Positions 39,225 through 53,225 of a stretch of 60,000 bases of DNA are shown in pieces. Source of the stretch: Felis catus (Eukaryota); NCBI RefSeq assembly GCF_018350175.1, contig NC_058368.1, positions 187,676,001 to 187,736,000 of the forward strand, read 5' to 3'. The notes under the pieces were generated by a model, which searched no databases, had not been told where the DNA came from, and saw nothing but the letters and a program-made list of their open reading frames with translations. A program made the position numbers and the translations under genes. Within the stretch, counting starts at the first letter, position 1. Each line of letters begins with the position of its first letter.

Positions 39225-39830
39225 TTGTTTTTTAAATGCGGTAAAATTCATATCACAACATGAAATTTACCATTTTAGCCATTGTGAACCATACAGTTTC
39301 ATGGCGTTTAGTACATCCATTCACACTGCTGTGCAACTGTTGCCTCTCTCTAGTTCCAGAACATTTTCATCCCCCTGAAAGGAACACTTGTATCCATTAA
39401 GTGGCCACTTCCCATTCCTTCCCACTCACAGCCGCTGGCAGCCATTAATCTGTGTTCTATCTGTATGGATTTGCCTGTTCTGGACATTTCGTGTGAAAGG
39501 AATCCTACAGTACATGACCTTTTGTCTGCTTTCTTTCACTTAATGTTTTCAGGGTTCATCCAAGTTGTAGCGCACATCAGTCCTTCATTCCTCGTCATGG
39601 CTGAATAACACTGTTGTATGGGCATACCACAATTTGTTTATCCATTTATCTGTTGATGGACATTTGGGTTGTTTCCACCTTTTGGCTGTTATTATTAGTG
39701 CTGCTATGAACATTCAGTACCAGTTTTGTTTGAACAGCTGTTTTCAGTTCTTTTAGGCATAAATCTAAGAGTGGAATTGCTGATTAGAATTGGCTCTTCA
39801 GTGTTGAACTTTTTAAGGAAACCCAGAGTT
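39225..39830 (-). mobile_element. L1MB-like 3' fragment
   Basis: tctagttccagaacattttcatc, gtatggatttgcctgttctggacatttc and gatggacatttgggttgtttccaccttttggct. Confidence 0.85.
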
Positions 39831-40080
39831 TTGCTTTTGCCTAGCTACTGCTGCTCCGAGATGACTGGGTGTTGAGTGCTTGGCCAGGACATGAAGCAAC
39901 CTGAGAAGCAGAGAGGGTGGGGAAGAAAACCAAAAAGGCAGGAGGCATGACCAGGGTGGCCTTTTTGGTAGGGCAGCATGGCCTCAAATGTGAGACGTTG
40001 TTATTACAATCAAAAAGGTATGAGATACATTTTTATTATTAAAAAATCCAAAAGATACAGTAGTATAAAAATTCATTTCC

Positions 40081-40818
40081 GGGATGTCTTGGTGGCTTAA
40101 TCAGTTGAGTGTCCAACTCTTGATTTCATCTCAGGTCATGATCCCAGAGGTGTGGGATTGAGCCCTGCATCGGGCTCCATGACAGACATGGAGCCTACTT
40201 AGGATTCTCTCTCTCCTTCTCTCTGCCCCTGTCCCACTTGTGTGTGTGTGCTCACACTCTCTCTCGCTCTCTCTAAAAGAAAAAAGAAAAAAAAATTGTT
40301 TTCCCCAAACCCATAGTCCTTTTGTCACAGTTTGGTGTGTATACTTTCAGACCCAAACATATTTGTGTGTTTTCATAATTGGGAAAATAAATCTATTTTT
40401 ATTGACAAGGTGGTAAAAGGAATCCTAGATCACACCCATATAAACTGCCCAGTAAACAGAATTGCAAGATTCCCTCCCTCTCCCCCATTCCATCGTACTT
40501 TCTCTTCTGGATTGTGAGCCCCATCCTGCCCCTCACTGACTGCTTCTGGTATGGGAAGCGGGAAAAACTAAGGGTGACAAGTTTGTTTCTTGGGGTAAAG
40601 TTCTGACTTTCAGGCTTTTGTAGGTGAGGCTGAGTCCTCTGCTAGCCTTAATTTCAGCCCTCCTCCTCCCCAGAAGAGGGAAGCATCAAATGTGGGGGCA
40701 GAGTATCCTTTAGCTCACAGTGAATCTGTCATGCTGTGATGCTTGTACCTACAGAAAGGCTCACCTTCCCACTGCAAATTTTGTTTTAATTTTTTTAAAT
40801 GTTTCTTTATTTTTGAGA

Positions 40819-40868
<50 letters not shown>

Positions 40869-41034
40869 GTGAGCAGGGGAGGGGTAGAGAGAGGGAGACA
40901 CAGAATCCAAAGCAGGTTCCAGACTCCAAGCTGTCAGCACAGAGCCTAACTCAGGGCTCAAAACTCATGAACTGTGAGAACATGACCTGAGCTGAAGTTG
41001 GATGCTCAACCAACTGAGCCACCCAGGTGACCCC
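40081..41034. mobile_element. SINEs at about 40081-40295 (+) and 40786-41034 (-); the second contains (CA)n at 40820-40866
   Basis: SINE consensus. Confidence 0.88.
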
Positions 41035-41159
41035 AAAATTAGAAATAGTATACTCATTTGGACAGTGAGATTCACAGAATAAAGTAAAAAATCTGCTTAT
41101 CCCACTCACCAAAAATACCTTCTGGAAGTAGTTTCTTATGTCTTTTTCCAAAATTGATC

Positions 41160-42002
41160 TACTGTAATTCCTCATAATTCAAAGATTCCATACTTGCGAA
41201 TTGACTAAAATTTGTGGGTTTTTTAATTTATTTTGAGAGAGAGAGAGCAGGGGAGGGGCAGAGGGAGAGGGAGAGGGAGGGAGAGAGAGAGAGAGAGAGA
41301 GACAGACAGAGAGACAGAGAGAATCCCAAGCACTCTCAGCACAGAGTGTTGTGGGGCTCAGACTCACAAACTGTGAGATCATGACCTGAGCCGAAGTTGA
41401 GAGTCAAGTGCTTAACCGACTGAGCCACCCAGGTGCTCCTCACTAAAATTTATTTGTAATCTCAAAATCCATACTCACAGAACTTTGGCGGTCATTCGTG
41501 GACATGTGCAGAGGCACCCAGTGTGCACGTTCCCAGCTGAGGAACAAAGACAACGCTCTGCCTTCTTGATTCAGCTCTCGTGCTTAAAAACAATGGTCCT
41601 TTTCTCAGTCTGTTTAGTGCCACATTTTCTCATTTTTCTGCTTGTTGGTGGTTTTACTGCTTAATACGGCCCCCAGAAGCATAGTGCTGAAGTGCTGTCT
41701 CGCATTCCTGAGTGCAAGGCCATGATGTGCCGTTCAGACAAAACCTGTGTGCTAGATGAGGCTTGTTCAGGCGCGAGTTACAGTGCTGCGGGCTGTGGGT
41801 TCGGTGATAATGAATCAACAGTATATTGAACAGAAATACACAGAACCAGGTTCTGTGTTGATCGATTGATGAAAACATGACCAGTGGCTCACAGGAACCT
41901 AACCCTGTACTTCCCTAGGAGCCCGGTTCTGGGTTCACTAGTTCCGCCTTTCCCAGTGAATTTATGGAACACAGCTTCTGCACATAACCAGAATCAATTG
42001 TG
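41160..42002 (+). mobile_element. MER82-like TcMar-Tigger DNA transposon, interrupted by a SINE (41218-41439, -)
   Basis: Recognised motifs gattccatacttgcgaatt, gcggtcattcgtggacatgtgcagag, cacgttcccagctgagg, gcatagtgctgaagtgctgtct and caggaacctaaccctgta; degenerate terminal inverted repeats. Confidence 0.85.
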
Positions 42003-44599
42003 TATTTACACAAGTGGGTTAATACCAAGAGTGCTTTCTTCGTAGCACGTCAAGAACATCTTTCCTGTCAGTCTGTCTGGGTTTACCTTACTCTTCCTTG
42101 ACTGCAGAGTTCTCTATATCATAAACACTGACGTCTGTTTGATTACTCCACTGTCGGTGGCCATTTAGATTGCCATCTGGTTTTTTCATACTGTCAACAG
42201 TACGATGACAACTATCCTTTTCCCTGTATCTTTGTACAAGGAAGTGTGAGAAAAATGCCCAGAGATGGAAATGCTTGGGACAAAGGTGTGTGCGTTGTGT
42301 GCATGTAAGATTTTGATAGGAAGCACTAAATTGCCTCGTGAATGACAAGATCCCTTTTCTTAAATTGAACTTAATTTGTGGGAGCGTTTGGAACCACACT
42401 TCTCTACCTCAAGAAACCATCAGTAGAGGAGCAGTGTCCCTCCCCCATGCCGGCCCCCCACCTGTGTCTACTTATGGCTTTCCTTCTGTGCTCCCAGCAG
42501 GGAGTACCTTTGCATCCCTCCTGCTGCCTTGCCCTGTCCAGGATGCCCAGATGAGAAATGAGTTCCCCAGACCAATTGCTTTTAAGACTCCTCAAGCCAG
42601 AAATGAATAGTCTCATCTCTTAGTGAAGGTACCAGTGAAAACCACTGCCTACCAAGGGCTTGTACTCTCTGGGCCTCAGGAAATTCTAGGAGTGGCCCAT
42701 CTCCGTCCCAGTAAAGCACCTTCACTCCCCCCTCAGTCACCCCTGCATCCTTCCCCTTTCCTCCCCCTGCTTTGATTAGCAACTGCTGCTTCTGAGAAGC
42801 AGTTTCTTTGAGAGCAGGGCAGGGGGGCGGTGAGATGGGGTCTCCCTGTTGCAGACTTGAAAGCAGTCTTAATCTCTCCTGGTGAAGGGGATGAAGGAAG
42901 GCAGTACCTTCCTGCTGGGGGAGAAGTTAAACACACCAGCTCTCCCCAAGCTGGGAATAGTCGAAATGCCCCTAGGGTACTAATCGTGGGCAGTGGATGC
43001 AAAGGGGGCCGTTTTTCCAGGTGGCCTTTTTCACCGGTGTACTTTAGACAAAGCAAAGCAGGAGATTCATTTACAGGATTAAACCCAAATCTGCAAGGAA
43101 ATATGGCTACCCCCATGCAGGAGATGATTCACGGGGGAGTGGCTAGGAGGAATCCTACATTCCCTTCCTGCCATGGTTTCCCATTTCAGAAAATGAAGAC
43201 GGGTCTTACATTTGATGTGTGCACTTAATATTGACAGTCGTTTATTATTTCTTCCAAAGGCTGTGCAACATCAATGGTGCCTCTTCTAATCAGTAGCATC
43301 TTGGTGGTGGCCCCACAGCATGGGCTGGACTGGAAAAAGTGGTCTGTCACCTGAGGGCCACACCAAATACATCCGGACTTGGGGCCCTGATGTTGCAGTG
43401 CTGTGAGTGAGGACATGGTGATTTTCCATTTCCTGTTCCCATCTCTGCAGACTGGCAGGCTTAGAGCTATTTTCAGGGGAAGGATTTTGTGTGACATGTT
43501 GGTCAGGAAACTGGCTGGGCCGGAAACTCAGAAATTGTACAGTTTGCCTTAGCAAGTTTAGTGCTCAGGCCTGTTTTTCCAGGGCCTGGGGTTCTGGGAT
43601 CCAAGTAGGGTTTTTCTGTGGCTGGGGAGAGTAAGAGGGAAGTCTTAAGATGCATGGGTTAATTGAAGATGCAATGTTCAGGAGCCTATGACCCCACACA
43701 GGTAAGTCATTTAAAAAAAACAAAAACAAAAACAAAACATTTATTGGACCTCTGCTGTATACCAGAAGCTATATACCCATGGAGGCAGTGGCAAACAGAA
43801 GGAATATCTATAGTCCCTGCCACTGAAGATAAGTCATTCCACACACCTTTACCTCCTATGCACTGAGCCTGGGAGATAGTTGGGAGCACAAAACAAATCT
43901 AATCCCCATCCTCATGTTGCTTATGATCTGGAGGCATCTCCTAAAGAAGCAGCCTTCAAGCCAGAGACCCAGCAGGTCTCTGGAGACATGCCAAGAATGA
44001 GCCAGTGACCCTTCTAAGAAAATCTAAATGTCTTACTTTCAGGAGAATAGCCTGGCCCACATCTTAGCGGGAAGATGACCAAGACATTGACGTCAAGCAC
44101 CCTGTCTGCTCTTCACACTTATCTGCAGCCTGGCTGCTGAGAGCTAGGCATTTATCTTTCTTTTCTTTTTATTTACTTTAACCTTGAACCCTCTCTGTAG
44201 TGAATACTGTGTCTTACCAGTACCTTCTCCCTTGTTACAGTCAGGATTGTGTTATATGCATTCTTCTGTTAATGCTGAAGAGGAAGAACTTTAGAGTCCT
44301 AATTCATTAGTCCTCTTGCCCCCTGGGAGAGCCACTGGAGACTTTTCCAGATTATATCTCTTCCTTGTCTCACCTCAGAGACTCAGGCTGTCCGTGGTGG
44401 AGACATTTCACTCCTCGGGTCACAGCAGCCTGCCCTTCACTGAGCACCCACCACCTAGTCAGCATGAGTGGTGACACTACAGGCAGGGCAACTTTGGTTG
44501 GCTTTAAAACCACTTTCAGACCCAAAGAAACAGGCCAGCTGTTATACCCCTGGGTGGTGAGATTAGAGAGTATTTTTATGTTAGGTGTGTTTGCCTGGA

Positions 44600-44772
44600 T
44601 CTTTTCTTTTTTCTTTTCTTTTCCCTCCTCTCCTCTCCTCTCCTCTCCTCTCCTCTCCTCTCCTCTCCTCTCCTCTCCTCTCCTCTCCTCTCCTCTCCTC
44701 TCCTCTCCTCTCCTCTCCCCTCCCCTCCCCTCCCCTCCCCTCCCCTCCCCTCCCCTCCCCTCCCCTTCTCTT
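44600..44772. repeat. Pure pyrimidine tract, (CTCCT)n then (CCCCT)n
   Basis: Read directly from the sequence. Confidence 0.95.
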
Positions 44773-44792
44773 AAGTTTATTTATTTATTTTA

Positions 44793-45237
44793 GGGGCGCC
44801 TGGGTGGCTCAGTTGGTTAAGCGTCCAGCTTTGGCTCAGGTCATGATCTCATGGTTCGTGGGTTCGTGCCCCACGTCCAGCTCTGTGCCGACGGCTCAGA
44901 GCCTGGAGCCTGCTTCAGATTCTGTCTTTTTCTCTCTTTTTGCCCCCCAACCCCCGCTTGCGCTCTCTCTCTCTCAAAAATAAATAAACTTTTAATATTT
45001 ATTTATTTTAAAAGAGAGGAGAGAGAGCATGAGTGGGGGAGGAGAGAGAGAGAGAAAGAGAGACAGAGAGACAGAGACAGAGACAGAGACAGAGACAGAG
45101 ACAGAGAGAGAATCCCAAGCAGGCTCCACTGTCAGTGCAGAGCCTGATGCAGGACTTGATCTCACAAACCATGAGATCATGACCTGAGCCGAAACCAAGA
45201 GCTGGACACCCAACAGACTAAACCACCCAGGTGCCCC
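44793..45237. mobile_element. Tail-to-tail SINEs (44793-44990 +, 44995-45237 -); the second contains (GAGACA)n
   Basis: SINE consensus on both strands. Confidence 0.9.
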
Positions 45238-46459
45238 TGCCCGGATTTTTGAGATTGTCTTAAAGGAATATCTGTTGCCTCTTCCCTGCCTCCTGAGTCT
45301 TTGATTTAATTATAAGCATTTCAGTGTCTAGACAGGAAAAGTGTCTTCTTTGTCACTTGACATGTTGTGGTTCCTGGAACTCTTCTAGGAAAGTGTGATT
45401 TGTGGGCACTTGTAAAGCACAGTCATACTGAGATAGTCTTGGATTAGGACAGACCCATGTTCTGGAACCTTCTCTGGCAGTTACTCTGCCAGTTCTGACT
45501 TCTAGGGTCCCATCAATGGTGTCTTCTGAGAATTTTAAAGTGTTTTTTTTTTTCCCAAGCGGGAGAATGATATTTGTTCCTTGTAGAAAATTAGAAAATA
45601 GAGAAAAATACAAAGAATAAAACAAAAATTACTTGCAAAATCACTACATTTTTTTTTCTGTAATCAAAACTTGGGGGTAGAGGGCAGATCCTGGCCCCAG
45701 TGATCAGGGAATGGTTAGTATGTTGTTTATATGCCAGACCACTGATTCTTTGTATGGATTTCCTCATTTGGTCCTCACAACAGTCTTATAAAATAGGCAG
45801 TATTATTTTCTCCACTTGACAGAGGAGGGCTGAGGCTCACTAAGGTGACTTGCCCAAGGGTACGTGGATGGGGACCCAGGTAGCCGTCTCCCTGAGTCCT
45901 TGCTCTCAGCCACCACACAACAGCGGCCTTTGTCCTACAGCTGGATTTCTTCCTTCTGCCGCTGCAGCTGGGAGACCTGCTAGCAGGCAGCGAGGTTGCT
46001 AGGAAACTCCTGGCTCTCTTTCCTGAGCCTGCAGAGCCACATGTTAGCCAGCCTGGGTGAACACCTCGGTCCTCAGGGACATGTCTCGGGTCTGGAAGCA
46101 GCTCACCTTCTAACCTTGAGGGAAGTGGCCAGAGTTGCCTCTCCTCCTCCTCCTCCTCCTCCTCTGTGCTGCAGCAAAGGTCCAGCCAGGACCCCTGATC
46201 GCCATGCCAGTGATACTGCAGCCCAGAAGGACGCGCTATCTGCTCTTCGTGCAGCCACAGCCCCGTCGGGCCTGGCCCACAGCAACCCCCGGTGAGATGG
46301 GAGTGAGCATTCTGCAGAGCAGTGACCTCCATTCGTGGAGAGAACTCTGTTCCTCCACATGAAGCACGTGCTCAGTCCTGGCCCCAGCTGCCAGCCATGT
46401 ACCTGACAAAGGGCCCCCACCCCACAGCCCCTGCTTTTAGACAGTGAAATTGTTTCGTT

Positions 46460-49400
46460 TCTTTTTTTTTTTTAATACTTTTTTTTTTTAATGTTTATTT
46501 ATTTTTGAGAGAGAGGGAGACACAGAATCTAAAGCAGGCTCCGGGCTCTGAGCTGTCAGCACAGAACCCGACACGAACCACGAGATGATTACCTGAGCTA
46601 AAGTCGGACACTCAACAGACTGAGCCACCCAGGTGCCCCTAGATAGTGAAATTGTTTGTAGAGAGGAGCACAAAGGAACCCGGGATCTGCTGCCACCGTG
46701 TGAAGTCATTGTACCAGTTGCTCTGTCCTGAGACAAGGAAGTTCTCGCAGCCAGAAGGGAAGCCAGTGTGTGACCCAGCTGGCCAGACGCCACCCTGACC
46801 TGAGAGGCATTTTTACAGTTTCCTCCTGAAGACAGCAACCACCCGCAGCCTCACCTCTAGTCTCTGTTTCCAAAGTTGGACTGAGGAGTTGACTCAGCCA
46901 GTCAGACGTGTGCTTTCATTCATTCATTGTTTCCTTCAACATTTTATTGAGCCCTACTCTGTGCCAGAGACTGGAGATACAGCCATAGATGGAACAGCCT
47001 GCTTTTAGGGGAGAAAGGAGACAGGCCTGGGGAGGAGGGAGGCACCGTAAGGCATCGTGTGGACGGTGATCTGATGTGTGCTCCACTGTGCTCAGCACAG
47101 AGGAGGTACGAGTTTGTGGAGTCTTCTTCAGCGACCGGGACTGTAGACGTTGCTTCCACTCACACCGTCTCCCTGGGGCTGTAAGCCATGGTAAGGACCT
47201 TTCTTTGTGTCCTAAGGAAGGATGAAACTCACCCAGGGCAGATCCCAGGTCCACCTTCACGCCAGGTCTACCCGGCTGGCCCCTTTGCCCGGTGTGGCTA
47301 AGATCAGAGGCTTTTTCTCCAGGACATTTCCTAATCTCCAGATCCCTGCAGCAGGGTAAGGGCAGAGTGGGAGGGGCGCTCCCAGAGGTCTGCACAGCTT
47401 CCCACTCCCCCAAAGAGCACCCAAGCACTGCCTTTAGCTGCAGGGTTTTTGTACTCTGTCCCTGACTTTTTTTTCTCCACCGTATCAGATTCTATCCAGA
47501 AACTAACCTGTCATGGTCCCTATGACTGCAGTTGCACAGTTGGCCCTGAGTCAACAGAAGTTCACAAGAGCAAGATCCAGTGTTTGGGGGGAGCACTGGG
47601 CACCATTCCAACACTCTGAGCCTTCAAGCCACCTTTGCCCCATCGGCTTGCCCAGCCCTCACAGCCAGTGCATGGCCGGGCCTCTCTAGAACCACAGGTG
47701 GTTCATCAGAGTGCCCCCTGCCCTCCGTAAAAAAAAAAAAAAAAAAAGTAAAACAGCCTTTCAGAGGGTGCTGTCCTCAGAGTGGCTTCCTGGCTTCTCT
47801 GTCACATCACTCAAAATCTGTCTCCCATGGTTCCTCAGGAAGACACTTGCCTGCTGGACATATGAGCAGTGTGCTCTAGGGAGACAAGAAGAAGCCCCCT
47901 TCTGGCCTCCAGTAAAATACAAAAAGCCAAAGAATTTTTTTAAGTTTATTTATTTATTTATTTTCAGAGAGAGAAGGAGAGGGGCAGGGGGAGAGAGACA
48001 GAGAGACAGAGAGAGAGACAGAGAATGCCAAGCAGGCTCCATGCTGTCAGCACGGAGCCCAGTGCAGGGCTTGAACTCACGAACTGTGAGATCATGACCT
48101 AAGCCAAGGTCAAGAGTCAGGCACTTAAATGCCTGAGACACCCAGGCTCCCCAAGCCAAAGAATTTTTTAATGAAAAAGCTGGTTTAGGTGGATGGGAAG
48201 AGGGTGGTCCTTTATTACAGAAAGTGTCCCGTTAGAGATACACTCTTCAACTTCAGTCCTCTCATTGGGAGGAAAAAGGTCCTGTTGGTTGTACTGATCT
48301 GTAGCAGAAAGGCTCTGAGATTAAACTGCTAAACTAGCTTAAGCATAGAGGAGGTTGAAGACAAGAGTGTGTGTGGAGAACGGGACTGTGAGGTGGGGAG
48401 GGGGCACAACTGGCCTCACCCACATCTGTGGGGATCCCTGCACCCAGACAGATGTACTCATTATGGAGACTCTGTGGGATTGTAGGGATCCTCATGACTC
48501 TGAGATGCTCTGGACTGTGGCGCCGTTTATTCATCATTTAAAATAAAAAGCAGTTCTTTATTCACCTTATGCCAGATGCTGTGCCACGTAAGGGGGATCT
48601 GTGATGTTCTGCAAGACACATGTGACCCCTGACCTCATGGAACACATTGCTGGATTTCCAATTCTGATTTGTCCCCTACCAGCTGGGTGATTGGAGCAGC
48701 TCACTCAATCCTTCTGAGCTTGATTCCAAGTGGGAAACGCTCCCAGCCTCCCGGCATGTTACCAGAATGTGCTGAGTCCATGACACGGAGGCCTCCCCTC
48801 CCTGGGTGCTGCCTGTGTTTCTTGGTGCCTGCTGGACTGTGGTGGCACCTGGCAGCAGAATCCCTGTGCACCCAGAATGCATGTCCTGGTTCACGCATGT
48901 TCTGTCTCTTGCTGACTAGCTCGGTGGACCTGGGAAAGTCCCACGCCTGTGGAGAGGACCCATCTGGGAAAGGCTGTGGACCCCGTTGTCCCCTTTGCTT
49001 CCCTCTATGTGAACCTTGGAACCTGCAGCAGCACCAGGGTGGAGTTCAAGGTCACAGTCCAGGGGAAGGAGGCTGGAGCCACTCTAGAGTCCATAGCCTG
49101 GCCAGGGGCATGGAGTTGGGGTTGGGGAGCCTTTTCTTGAGCTTATTTCTACCCCTTTTTCGGGGCCTGTAAGAAAATGTCTTGCAGCACTAGCTACCAA
49201 CTTTGGTTCATCCGTACTTACCTAACAGGACTTGAGAAGAAGATCCTGGGTCTGGGGTGCAAAGAATAAGTACCATGTTCCATAAATCATAGAACAGCAG
49301 GTGCTGTCGTTTATGGAGTGCTTTCCTTGTCCTAGGATCTGTGCCAGTCATGTTACTTGTGCTATCTCCTGAGCCTCCCTACCACTCTTTGAGGTATGGG

Positions 49401-50643
49401 TTTCTAAGTGATGGCCCGAAATCACACATGATATTGGAGAGGGCATTCTCAACCTGTTTCCAGTCAGGACCTCCCCCAGAATCTGGGCTCCCCTGGGTCA
49501 CAACATTCTCAGCCCGCATTAAATAGTCTCAGCTCACGTTAAATATATGTCTCTCCTGATAGCCACTTCTCTCCCCCAAGGAAGGAAGAATCTGAGGAAG
49601 AAAGAATTAGCATCAGAAAAGTCTCCATTCAGCCTGGTCCTGCCTGGGAACAAATGGGCCCATACTTCCTCCCCTGGGTACTGGGAGAAAGCTCTCCACC
49701 ACAGCTTCCTGTTTCCTCTTTGGCTCCAGCCATCTCTATCTACTGCCTGGTCCTTCCCACAGTCACCTCCGAAAATACCAGGCCTACCCGGAGGGCCAGG
49801 CAAGGCTGGGAAGCCAGTGGAGTGGCCCTTTATCCCCTGACCTGCCTCCCTCACCTCCCTTTACCATCAGCACCTGACAGTAGGACAGAGGGCTCCTGAG
49901 GGGTGTGGGGCAGCCATGGGGCCTCAGTTCCTATTCACATTTTTTCTCTTTCTCAGGTAAAAGAGAGGGCAAAACTTTAAAATAGGGGAATGGCCCTTCT
50001 TGGGGAACAGTAGCTTTGCCTGTTTTTAAAAGCGTTGCATTTCTTTAGGGAAGAAGAGGAACCAGCTGTTGCTTTAAAACCTGGTTTTCTTTAGCCAGGA
50101 AACTGTGGCCTCATCCCTGAGCCTCAGTGTAGCTCCTGAATGGGCAGCAGGTAACCCCGGGTGAGTGTGTAAAGAGGTGTCTTGCTGGGCATGAAGGGCT
50201 GTCTATGGGGGAGTTCACAGCAAGCAGTACGTGAAGCAGACTGTAGTAGTGTGTGAGCAGCCCTGGGCCTGGACATCACAGATAGGGCGGCACTGACTTT
50301 TTATAGAATCCTACTCTGCACCGTTTTGTTTAGGAATTTTTCTGAAGGCAGTATAAAGGTTGATGATTGTTGGAGATGGGTGATGTATTCTTAGGGGTTC
50401 GTTAGAACATCTCTTTTTTTTTGGTATTTTAATTTTTCCAAAATAAAACCTTTTTAAAGTTTATTTATTTATTTTTGAGAGGGAGGAAGAGTGTGACTTG
50501 GGGGAGGGACAGAGGATCCCAAGCAGGTCCTGTGTGGTCAGCACGGAGCCCAATGCAGGACTCAAACTCCCAAACCGTGAGATCATGACCTGAGCCGAAA
50601 TCAAGAGTCAGATGTTTAACCAACTGAGCCACCCAGGTGGCCC
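46460..50643 (-). mobile_element. Three separate SINEs (about 46460-46639, 47935-48152, 50450-50643)
   Basis: SINE consensus with TSDs (agtgaaattgttt; aagccaaagaatttttt; aaaataaaac). Confidence 0.85.
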
Positions 50644-50789
50644 TAAAATAAAACATTTTTTTAAGCAGTTAAAGGTACTGTTTCTCTCAGCCCTAATTCA
50701 GCAAAGTCAGGAATCCTGTTTGGTCTGGTGAAGGCTTGAATGATAGGACCATAGGTATAAGAAGAAAAGCCAGTCTTTAGAGTAGTCTG

Positions 50790-51015
50790 TTCATAGAGAC
50801 ATAAAATGGAATGGTGGTTACCAGAGGAGGGGGCACAGGGACAGTGAGTTACTGGGTTTCATGGGTGTACAGTTTCCGTGTTGCAAGATGAGAAGAGTTC
50901 TCGTGATTGGTTTGCACAACAATGTGAATGTACTGAATGCCACTGAACTGTATGGTTAAAATAGTGAATTTTATGTTATGTGCATTTTACCACAACAAAC
51001 AAAAATGCTATTAAA
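50790..51015 (+). mobile_element. L1MB-like 3' end
   Basis: gaatggtggttaccagagg...caacaatgtgaatgtactgaatgccactgaactgta...gtgaattttatgttatgtgcattttaccacaa. Confidence 0.85.
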
Positions 51016-51528
51016 AAAAGAAAAGGAAAAAAAGCCAGTCTGTGAGAGTCCCTCCTGAGGCTTGCTGGACTGACAGTGTCTTGCCACTTTGGTTGAGTCA
51101 GGCCACTTGGCTGGACTTGTAGTGGTCAGTCCAGTAATTGTGTGACATGCCAGGAATGGCTGGGGCTCTCCCGGTTGTCTGTGCATCAGAGTAGCAAGAG
51201 GACCCGGTCAGCTGGGTGTGCAAAGGGTCTTGTAGGGCATTATTTGCAGGTGTCACCACTGCCACCTACACTAAGGGTTCATGTGCCTGTGCCTGGCTGC
51301 AGACCCAGGCTGAGCGCTTCAGTAGTTTTAGGATTTTTTTTTTAATCTTATAAGTATGATGATAGGGCTCCCACTGGTCAAATTGGGAACAATGTAAACA
51401 TCCAAAAAGAAAAATGTAGATAGAATGATAGAATTGTTAAAAATTCTTTCTCAACCCCAGTGTAATTACTTACTTATTCAGGAAAGAATTCTTCCTGGAC
51501 GCCAAATCATTGAGTTAAAGTTTGGTGG

Positions 51529-52401
51529 GGGGATGCCTGGGTGGCTCGTGGGTTAAGCGTCCGACTCTCGGTTTGGGCTGAGGTCATGATCTCACAGTTT
51601 CGTGGGTTCGAGCCCCCACTGGGCTCTGTGCTGACAGTGTGGAGTCTGCGTGGGATTCTCTCTCTTCTCCCTCTCTCTCTGCCCCTCCCCTGCTTATACT
51701 GTCTCTGTCTCTCTCTAAATAAATAAACTTAAAAAATAAAGGTTGTTGGGAAACAGGATATTCAGAGAGTCTGAAGGCGTCACCTCACAGATTACTTATT
51801 AATTTCACAGGAAAATGGTACCTTTAAAATGGAGAGATCTGGTGTCACCACCTTAACCAAGCGATCAAACGTAGCATCGCTATTGCCGGGACAAACTGAC
51901 GTTATATAACTCCTGATGTGATCCGGTAAGAAGGACAAAACATCACCTCTGTAGTTTCCTTGCCCAAACTGTTTTATCATGAGGAAACAGTCCAGAATAT
52001 GGGACATTTTTTTTTAAGTAGTCTCTAGGCCCAGTGTGGGGCTTGAACTTATGACCCTGAGATCAAGAATTGCATGCCCTACCAACTGAGCCAGCCAGGT
52101 GCTCCCAAAATATAGGACATTTTAGAAGAAAACTGGCCTAGGTTTATCTAGAGTCAGTGTCATAAAAAACAAAGAATGGGACTCATATAAGGGGACGCCA
52201 TGTGTGAGCTTTGTTGAACCTGGATCCAAAAAAAACAAAGGTTATAATAAAAGACATTTGGGGCACCTTAGGGGAAGTCAAATGTAGATTGAATATTAGA
52301 AAATGTTATTGCCGGGTACCTGGCTGGCTCAGTCAGTGGAGCATGCAACCCTTGATTGCTCAGGGTCATGAGTTCAAGCTCCATGCCGGGTGTGGAGCTT
52401 A

Positions 52402-52439
<38 letters not shown>

Positions 52440-52605
52440 AGGGCGCCTGGGTGGCTCAGTCAGTTGAGCGTCCGACTTTGACTCAGGTCATGATCTCACA
52501 CTCATGGGTTTGAGACCCGCGTCAGGCTCTGTGCTGACAGCTCAGAGCCTGGAGCCTGCTTTGGATTCTGTGTCTCCCTCTCTCTCTGCCCCTCCCCCAC
52601 TCGCA

Positions 52606-52653
<48 letters not shown>

Positions 52654-53075
52654 ATAAACATAATAATAAAAAAATTTTTTTAAAGAAAAGAATGTTATTG
52701 CATTAATCCTGATGTTCTTAGAATTGGTAATAGCATCATGATTATGTAGGAAAATGACTTCAGGGCTGTACACTGTCCAGGGCTGGCTTGTCACGTCTGC
52801 AACTTCATTAAAAATGGTCCAGCAAGGGGCGCCTGGGTGGCTCAGTCGGTTGAGCTTCCGACTTCGGTTCAGGTCATGATCTCACGGTCCGTGAGTTCGA
52901 GTCCCGCATCGGGCTCTGTGCTGACAGCTCAGAGCCTGAAGCCTGCTTCAGATTCTGTGTCTCCCTCTCTCTCTGCCCCTCCCCCATTCATGCTCTGTCT
53001 TTCTCTGTCTCAAAAATAAACAAACATTAAAAGAAAACTTTTTAAAAAAAGAAATAGTCCAGCAAACTCAGTATT

Positions 53076-53114
<39 letters not shown>

Positions 53115-53225
53115 TAAATGTGGCTCTAAGTCAGCAGTTGGTGAATCTGGCTGAAGGGTCCTGTGTGTTCATTATTTAATCTTTTCTGTGTATTTGAAAA
53201 ATCTCCAAACAAAAAGTACATTAAA
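51529..53225. mobile_element. L1MC-like fragment with five SINEs (51529-51740 +, 52007-52106 -, 52313-52438 +, 52441-52685 +, 52826-53050 +) and (AC)n at 53078-53110
   Basis: SINE consensus, TSDs (aatgttattgc; aaat(g/a)gtccagcaa) and L1 motifs. Confidence 0.8.
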
